Shown here: positions 59,034 through 64,000 of the stretch, one piece after another
How the letters are laid out: the number at the start of each line of letters is the position of its first letter
Numbering within the stretch: position 1 is the stretch's first letter
NCBI RefSeq assembly: GCF_044324785.1
Contig: NZ_CP172127.1
Length of the DNA: 64,000 bases
Direction: 5' to 3' (one strand)
From: Escherichia coli
GTDB lineage: Bacteria; Pseudomonadota; Gammaproteobacteria; Enterobacterales; Enterobacteriaceae
Position numbers and translations under genes: made by a program
Notes under the pieces: model-generated
Database searches by the model: none
What the model was told of the DNA's origin: nothing
What the model saw: only the letters and a program-made list of their open reading frames with translations

Positions 59034-60887
59034 ATGAGACGATTTCTGACGACGCTGATGATACTCCTGGTCGTGCTGGTGGCCGGGTTATCTGCGTTAG
59101 TGTTGCTGGTGAATCCGAATGATTTCCGCGACTATATGGTCAAGCAAGTTGCTGCACGTAGCGGTTATCAATTGCAGCTCGACGGGCCACTGCGTTGGCA
59201 CGTTTGGCCGCAGCTTAGTATCCTCTCCGGGCGAATGTCTCTCACTGCCCAGGGCGCGAGCCAGCCACTGGTTCGCGCAGACAACATGCGTCTGGACGTG
59301 GCGCTTTTACCACTGCTGAGTCATCAACTGAGCGTTAAGCAGGTGATGCTAAAAGGGGCAGTGATCCAACTGACGCCGCAGACGGAAGCGGTACGCAGTG
59401 AAGATGCCCCGGTTGCACCACGCGACAATACCTTGCCGGATCTGTCAGATGATCGCGGATGGTCGTTTGATATATCCAGTCTTAAGGTGGCGGACAGCGT
59501 GCTGGTGTTCCAGCATGAAGATGACGAGCAGGTGACAATCCGCAATATCCGCCTGCAAATGGAACAAGATCCCCAACATCGTGGCTCATTTGAGTTCTCC
59601 GGGCGGGTTAATCGCGATCAGCGCGATCTCACGATATCCCTTAACGGTACGGTAGATGCTTCTGATTATCCGCATGATTTAACGGCGGCTATTGAACAAA
59701 TTAACTGGCAGTTGCAGGGTGCAGATTTACCAAAACAAGGTATTCAGGGGCAGGGGAGTTTCCAGGCCCAGTGGCAGGAGTCACATAAACGCCTTTCATT
59801 TAACCAAATCAGTTTGACCGCCAATGACAGTACGCTGAGCGGGCAAGCACAGGTCACGCTGACAGAGAAACCGGAATGGCAGCTGAGGCTGCAATTCCCG
59901 CAACTGAATCTTGACAACCTCATCCCGCTTAAAGAAACAGCGAACGGTGAAAACGGTGCCGCGCAGCAGGGGCAGAGCCAATCCACGTTGCCGCGCCCGG
60001 TCATTTCTTCGCGTATTGATGAACCGGCCTATCAGGGATTGCAAGGCTTTACGGCTGATATTTTGTTGCAGGCCAGTAACGTGCGCTGGCGCGGAATGAA
60101 TTTTACAGATGTTGCCACGCAAATGACCAACAAATCGGGTCTGCTGGAAATTACTCAACTGCAGGGCAAACTTAACGGTGGGCAGGTTTCACTGCCGGGC
60201 ACGCTGGACGCGACATCAATAAATCCGCGGATAAACTTCCAGCCACGGCTGGAAAACGTTGAGATTGGTACCATTCTGAAGGCGTTTAACTATCCGATTT
60301 CGTTGACCGGAAAAATGTCACTGGCTGGTGATTTCTCCGGTGCTGACATAGATGCCGACGCATTCCGCCACAACTGGCAAGGACAGGCACATGTCGAAAT
60401 GACCGACACACGCATGGAAGGGATGAACTTCCAGCAGATGATTCAGCAAGCGGTAGAGCGTAATGGTGGTGATGTGAAGGCCGCTGAAAACTTCGATAAC
60501 GTGACGCGTCTTGACCGCTTTACCACCGATTTGACGTTGAAGGATGGCGTCGTGACGTTAAACGACATGCAAGGTCAATCGCCTGTGCTGGCGCTTACAG
60601 GGGAAGGTATGTTGAATCTGGCAGATCAAACCTGCGATACCCAGTTTGATATTCGGGTCGTGGGTGGCTGGAACGGGGAAAGCAAACTGATTGATTTCCT
60701 CAAAGAAACGCCAGTACCGCTGCGGGTTTATGGCAACTGGCAGCAACTTAATTACAGCCTGCAAGTGGATCAGTTACTGCGTAAACACTTACAGGACGAA
60801 GCGAAACGTCGCCTGAATGACTGGGCCGAGCGGAATAAAGATTCCCGCAATGGCAAAGATGTGAAGAAGTTGCTGGAGAAGATGTAA
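59034..60887 (+). CDS. asmA: Outer membrane assembly protein AsmA
   Basis: 617 aa, MRRFLTTLMILLVVLVAGLSALVLLVNPNDF, matches K-12 AsmA. Confidence 0.95.
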   Translation: MRRFLTTLMILLVVLVAGLSALVLLVNPNDFRDYMVKQVAARSGYQLQLDGPLRWHVWPQLSILSGRMSLTAQGASQPLVRADNMRLDVALLPLLSHQLSVKQVMLKGAVIQLTPQTEAVRSEDAPVAPRDNTLPDLSDDRGWSFDISSLKVADSVLVFQHEDDEQVTIRNIRLQMEQDPQHRGSFEFSGRVNRDQRDLTISLNGTVDASDYPHDLTAAIEQINWQLQGADLPKQGIQGQGSFQAQWQESHKRLSFNQISLTANDSTLSGQAQVTLTEKPEWQLRLQFPQLNLDNLIPLKETANGENGAAQQGQSQSTLPRPVISSRIDEPAYQGLQGFTADILLQASNVRWRGMNFTDVATQMTNKSGLLEITQLQGKLNGGQVSLPGTLDATSINPRINFQPRLENVEIGTILKAFNYPISLTGKMSLAGDFSGADIDADAFRHNWQGQAHVEMTDTRMEGMNFQQMIQQAVERNGGDVKAAENFDNVTRLDRFTTDLTLKDGVVTLNDMQGQSPVLALTGEGMLNLADQTCDTQFDIRVVGGWNGESKLIDFLKETPVPLRVYGNWQQLNYSLQVDQLLRKHLQDEAKRRLNDWAERNKDSRNGKDVKKLLEKM

Positions 60888-60898
60888 GACAAGTTATG

Positions 60899-60935
60899 CA
60901 GATGGCGGCGTCAATTTGTCGCCATCTGTATTTAT
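60899..60935 (+). terminator. Intrinsic terminator of asmA
   Basis: CAGATGGCG-N12-CGCCATCTG followed by TATTTAT. Confidence 0.65.
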
Positions 60936-60939
60936 AGTA

Positions 60940-61230
60940 CTAAGCAGCATGTGGATATTGAACTTCAATACGTTGAATATGCAATCCTGCATGAGCCATC
61001 ATGGTGATCAATTTATCGATACTAAAGATCTGGATCTTACCTCTGGCAAGTTCAGATATGCGAGGTTGAGTGACCCCTAAAGCAGACGCTGCCTGAGCCT
61101 GGCTAAACCCTTGTTGTTCAATCCAGTTATTAATGATCGTAACAAGTTCGGCACGGATCCGCATATTTTCCGCTTGTTCAGGGGTGTCACTCACCGCATC
61201 CCACACACTATCAAAGGTTTCAATTTTCAT
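60940..61230 (-). CDS. XRE-family HTH antitoxin (HigA-like)
   Basis: MKIETFDSVWDAV... with the HTH segment SQAQAASALGVTQPRISELARGK. It overlaps the toxin stop by 11 nt. I recall no such gene between asmA and yegH in K-12. Confidence 0.8.
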   Translation of the reverse strand: MKIETFDSVWDAVSDTPEQAENMRIRAELVTIINNWIEQQGFSQAQAASALGVTQPRISELARGKIQIFSIDKLITMMAHAGLHIQRIEVQYPHAA

Positions 61231-61535
61231 TTTTCCGCTCCTGAACAAGTTCTTTATAGCGTCGTTTGGCTAAATCAATATCCGATTGACTGGTAGTCTG
61301 TGTTTTCTTTTGAAAACAATGCAATACGTAAACCGCTTCTTCAAATTTTGCGACATACATGACGCGATAGATCCCATCAGCATCGCGAGTACGAATCTCT
61401 CGCACACCAGGGCCGATAGTTGAAAAAGGTTTCCAGTCGTATGGGTTTAACCCTTGTTGGATCCTGTCGAGACGATTCTGGAAATGCGCGTAAATCGTCA
61501 AGACTGGTATCAAGAAAAGCCAGCTTTTTTCTCAT
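61220..61535 (-). pseudogene. RelE/ParE-superfamily (HigB / phage Gp49-like) toxin gene, apparently frame-disrupted near 61480
   Basis: The conserved C-terminal core GPGVREIRTRDADGIYRVMYVAKFEEAVYVLHCFQKKTQ is in a frame that starts only at a TTG (61513) with no RBS. The ATG at 61535 has a GGAG RBS and a TATAAT box (61550-61555) and encodes the family-typical MRKKLAFLDTSLDDLRAFPE, but in a different frame that stops after 52 codons. Confidence 0.65.
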
Positions 61536-61571
61536 TACTCCATCCTTAGATTATACTAAATTTTGTATAAA

Positions 61572-61602
61572 TCAAATGCGCAGTTTGAACCTGCGCATTT
61601 GA
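61572..61602. terminator. Hairpin terminator downstream of yegH (bidirectional context)
   Basis: 12-bp stem TCAAATGCGCAG / CTGCGCATTTGA with T-rich runs on both sides. Confidence 0.65.
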
Positions 61603-61609
61603 TGTTTTA

Positions 61610-63193
61610 TCACACCTCGTACTCCATCTCGCCATCCTTACGCAGCGGAATAATTTGCACCTTCTGCACGCGATGGCTTTCCACCTGCAACGTTTTAAGC
61701 AAATAATCTCCCACCTGCACTTCTTCGCCAGGTTTTGGAATGCGCTGCAAATATTCCATCAATAGCCCGGCAATGGTGTGATATTCACGTTTCTCGTCCA
61801 GCGGCAGCGGCACATATTGCACCAGATCCTCCAGCGGCATATGACCATTCGCCGTCCAGGAACCGTCCGCATTCTTCTGAATATCATGGCGGGCGTCGAT
61901 CTCTTCCACTTCGTTCGGTAAGTTACCGGCAATGGTTTCTGTGACATCACTTAATGTCACAATCCCTTCCACCGAGCCAAACTCATCCACCACAAAAGCA
62001 AAGTGTGTGCGGGCATTACGGAACTGCTCCAGGGCAGGTAACAACGGCAAGGTTTCCGGGAACACCAGCGGCTGGCGAATCAACACCCGCAGGTTGAGCG
62101 GTTCGCCGCGCAGAGACTGTTGTAGCAGGTCGATAACGTGAACAACACCGAGCAAATCTTCCGCGTCGTCACCGTCGGTAACCACCAGCCGCGTATGCTG
62201 ATTTCGCTCCAGCAACTGGCGGATTTCCTCTTCCGGCGCGTTGAGATCGATATGCTCAATATCGTGGCGCGACGTCATAATGCTGCTGACGGTACGCTGG
62301 TTAAGATTAAGGACCCGCTCAATCATCCGCCGCTCCTGCGGATTAAAGATCTGCTGGTTACCATGATCCACCAGCATGGACGCGGTTTCGGCGTCCAGTT
62401 CCGCATCTTCTTTTTGCCCGCTAAGCAGGCGCATTACCGCTTCGGTAGTCCGCTGGCGCAGCGTCTGGTTAGCGGAAAGAAAACGTCGCCGGTTAAAGAT
62501 AGCCAACTGATTGAGCGCCTCGATCATCACCGAGAAACCAATGGCAGCGTACAGGTAGCCTTTCGGAATGACGAAGCCGAAACCTTCCGCCACCAGGCTA
62601 AAGCCAATCATCAACAGGAAGCTTAAGCAGAGAATAACGATGGTCGGGTGACTGTTAACAAATTGCGTTAACGGCTTGCTGGCCATCAACATCAGGCTAA
62701 TAGCGATAACCACGGCGGCCATCATGACCAGTAAATGGTCGACCATCCCGACGGCGGTAATCACCGAGTCGAGTGAGAAGATGGCGTCCAGTACCACAAT
62801 TTGTGTCACCACCCCCCAGAACTTCGCACCTTTGCGTTGTGTGGGGTTATTGCTGTCTTTCCCCTCCAGCCGTTCGTTCAGCTCCATCGTGGCTTTGAAC
62901 AGCAGGAAGAAACCACCAAACAGCATGATTAAGTCGCGGGCGCTAAAGGTAAACGAGCGGAAGCTGAACAGCGGTTGAGTCAGGGTGACCAGCCAGGAGA
63001 TAGACGCCAGCAGTAACAGGCGCATTAACATCGCCAGCAGCAGCCCGGTAACCCGTGCGCGGTCGCGCTGCTTCGGCGGTAGTTTTTCGGCGAGGATGGC
63101 AATAAAGACCAGGTTATCAATGCCGAGGACCAGTTCGATCACAATCAGCGTGATTAACCCGGCCCAGATAGACGGATCGGCAATCCATTCCAT
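61610..63193 (-). CDS. yegH: TerC/CBS/CorC-domain inner membrane protein YegH
   Basis: Trimmed to [30 protein letters not shown] (527 aa), matches K-12 YegH. Confidence 0.93.
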   Translation of the reverse strand: MEWIADPSIWAGLITLIVIELVLGIDNLVFIAILAEKLPPKQRDRARVTGLLLAMLMRLLLLASISWLVTLTQPLFSFRSFTFSARDLIMLFGGFFLLFKATMELNERLEGKDSNNPTQRKGAKFWGVVTQIVVLDAIFSLDSVITAVGMVDHLLVMMAAVVIAISLMLMASKPLTQFVNSHPTIVILCLSFLLMIGFSLVAEGFGFVIPKGYLYAAIGFSVMIEALNQLAIFNRRRFLSANQTLRQRTTEAVMRLLSGQKEDAELDAETASMLVDHGNQQIFNPQERRMIERVLNLNQRTVSSIMTSRHDIEHIDLNAPEEEIRQLLERNQHTRLVVTDGDDAEDLLGVVHVIDLLQQSLRGEPLNLRVLIRQPLVFPETLPLLPALEQFRNARTHFAFVVDEFGSVEGIVTLSDVTETIAGNLPNEVEEIDARHDIQKNADGSWTANGHMPLEDLVQYVPLPLDEKREYHTIAGLLMEYLQRIPKPGEEVQVGDYLLKTLQVESHRVQKVQIIPLRKDGEMEYEV

Positions 63194-63661
63194 AGTAAGT
63201 ACAAAACCTATTCGTTGTATGACAAATGTCACAATTCGATCATGGATAAATCGGGGCAAAAATGCAATGTTGCAGCACTATTTATCTCATATTATTTGAG
63301 GGTAATAACCTCACATTATCCCTGAATTAAAAGTGGTAATAATAAAACATTATTTAAGAAATATCGCATGTGGAGACACAGTATTAAATATTGTCAACCT
63401 AAAGAAACTCCTAAAAAACATATTGAATGACACTTAATATAATTCTTAAAAATAGCCAATTGCCGAATTGTTACCTTGCCTGCTATTCCGTTAGCTGTAA
63501 CACTTCCTCCTGCATTATTGGAGAGCCAATATTCAATTACCATAATGTCACCTTATATTCGGAAGTTAATTTCCGCAATAACCCTTTCTCATCAACGATT
63601 GTATGCAGAGAGGGTTTGAAAAATTGAGCTAAATCAGTGTATTGGTAGCTAAAAAGCCAGG

Positions 63662-63669
63662 GGCGGTAG
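63662..63669 (+). promoter_or_regulatory. ops: ops element (GGCGGTAG) within the JUMPStart leader of the colanic acid (wza) operon; RfaH recruitment site
   Basis: GGCGGTAGCGTG lies about 190 nt upstream of the wza ATG, the known arrangement for cps/wca operons. Confidence 0.7.
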
Positions 63670-63851
63670 CGTGTCTGGATGCCTGAAAGACCAGTCTGAA
63701 TTATTCTGTCAATAGCCTGCGGATGAAATCAATTTTTTTAGGACTGATGCCAGTTAAATTTTTATTCAATTAACTGCAAGGTAAATGTGCATGGCGACAT
63801 TGCTATTAATAGTGCACAGGATAATTACTCTGCCAAAGTGATAAATAAACA

Positions 63852-64000
63852 ATGATGAAATCCAAAATGAAATTGATGCCATTATTGGTGTCAGTAACCT
63901 TGATAAGCGGTTGCACAGTACTTCCGGGCAGCAATATGTCTACGATGGGTAAAGACGTCATCAAACAGCAGGACGCTGATTTCGATCTCGACAAAATGGT
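63852..64000 (+). CDS. wza: Outer membrane polysaccharide export lipoprotein Wza (5' partial, runs off the window)
   Basis: MMKSKMKLMPLLVSVTLISGCTVLPGSNMSTMGKDVIKQQDADFDLDKMV matches the K-12 Wza N-terminus, including the lipobox LISGC. Confidence 0.9.
   Translation, partial: MMKSKMKLMPLLVSVTLISGCTVLPGSNMSTMGKDVIKQQDADFDLDKM

Noticed and set aside
9132-63259. N-terminal extensions in the ORF track for P, O, L, X, V, ogr, yegP, mdtA, yegD, udk, yegH, insC and the antitoxin.
   Set aside because: The track uses the first possible (including non-ATG) start. I trimmed each start to the position matching the remembered P2 or K-12 N-terminus and local RBS context.
63427-63994. Small ORFs (66 aa on the plus strand, 62 aa on the minus strand) in the yegH-wza intergenic region.
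   Set aside because: This region is the known long untranslated JUMPStart/ops leader and regulatory region of the colanic acid operon. The minus-strand ORF is antisense to the wza start.

Overview
No tools were used. All calls come from reading the sequence and ORF track and from remembered P2 and E. coli K-12 sequences, so they need a search to confirm.

The window has two parts.

(1) Positions 1-31002 are the right ~31 kb of a P2-like prophage. It runs from gene A through the cos site, Q P O N M L X Y K lysA/B/C R S V W J I H G FI FII E/E' T U D to ogr. The attR core lies inside the 3' end of the sRNA gene cyaR. The lysogeny module (int/C/cox/B) lies left of the window.

(2) Positions 31003-64000 are E. 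coli chromosome, colinear with but inverted relative to K-12. The order is yegQ, yegP, baeR, baeS, mdtD, mdtC, mdtB, mdtA, ibs/sib, yegL, yegK, yegJ, yegI, yegD, alkA, dgcE, udk, dcd, asmA, yegH and the start of wza.

All three classical P2 moron loci carry AT-rich, non-canonical cargo:
- A/cos locus (old/tin position): a C5 DNA methyltransferase converges on a three-ORF operon. The operon encodes a MutL/MORC-like GHKL ATPase and two small ORFs joined at an in-register A_AAA_AAA slippery heptamer. I consider this the best candidate for an undescribed defence system.
- S/V locus (orf30 position): a 3-TM membrane protein gene split by an IS2 with a 5-bp target duplication.
- G/FI locus (Z/fun position): a single 175-aa protein with an RNxxxH HEPN-like motif and a near-consensus sigma70 promoter.

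Chromosomal accessory features:
- A 2-gene islet between yegQ and yegP (a secreted 201-aa protein and a 466-aa HEAT-repeat protein).
- Three tandem Ibs/Sib type I TA units, against two in K-12 as I recall.
- The yegLKJI/yegD vWA-phosphatase-kinase-Hsp70 cluster.
- A HigB/Gp49-like plus XRE TA cassette between asmA and yegH whose toxin gene is frame-disrupted.
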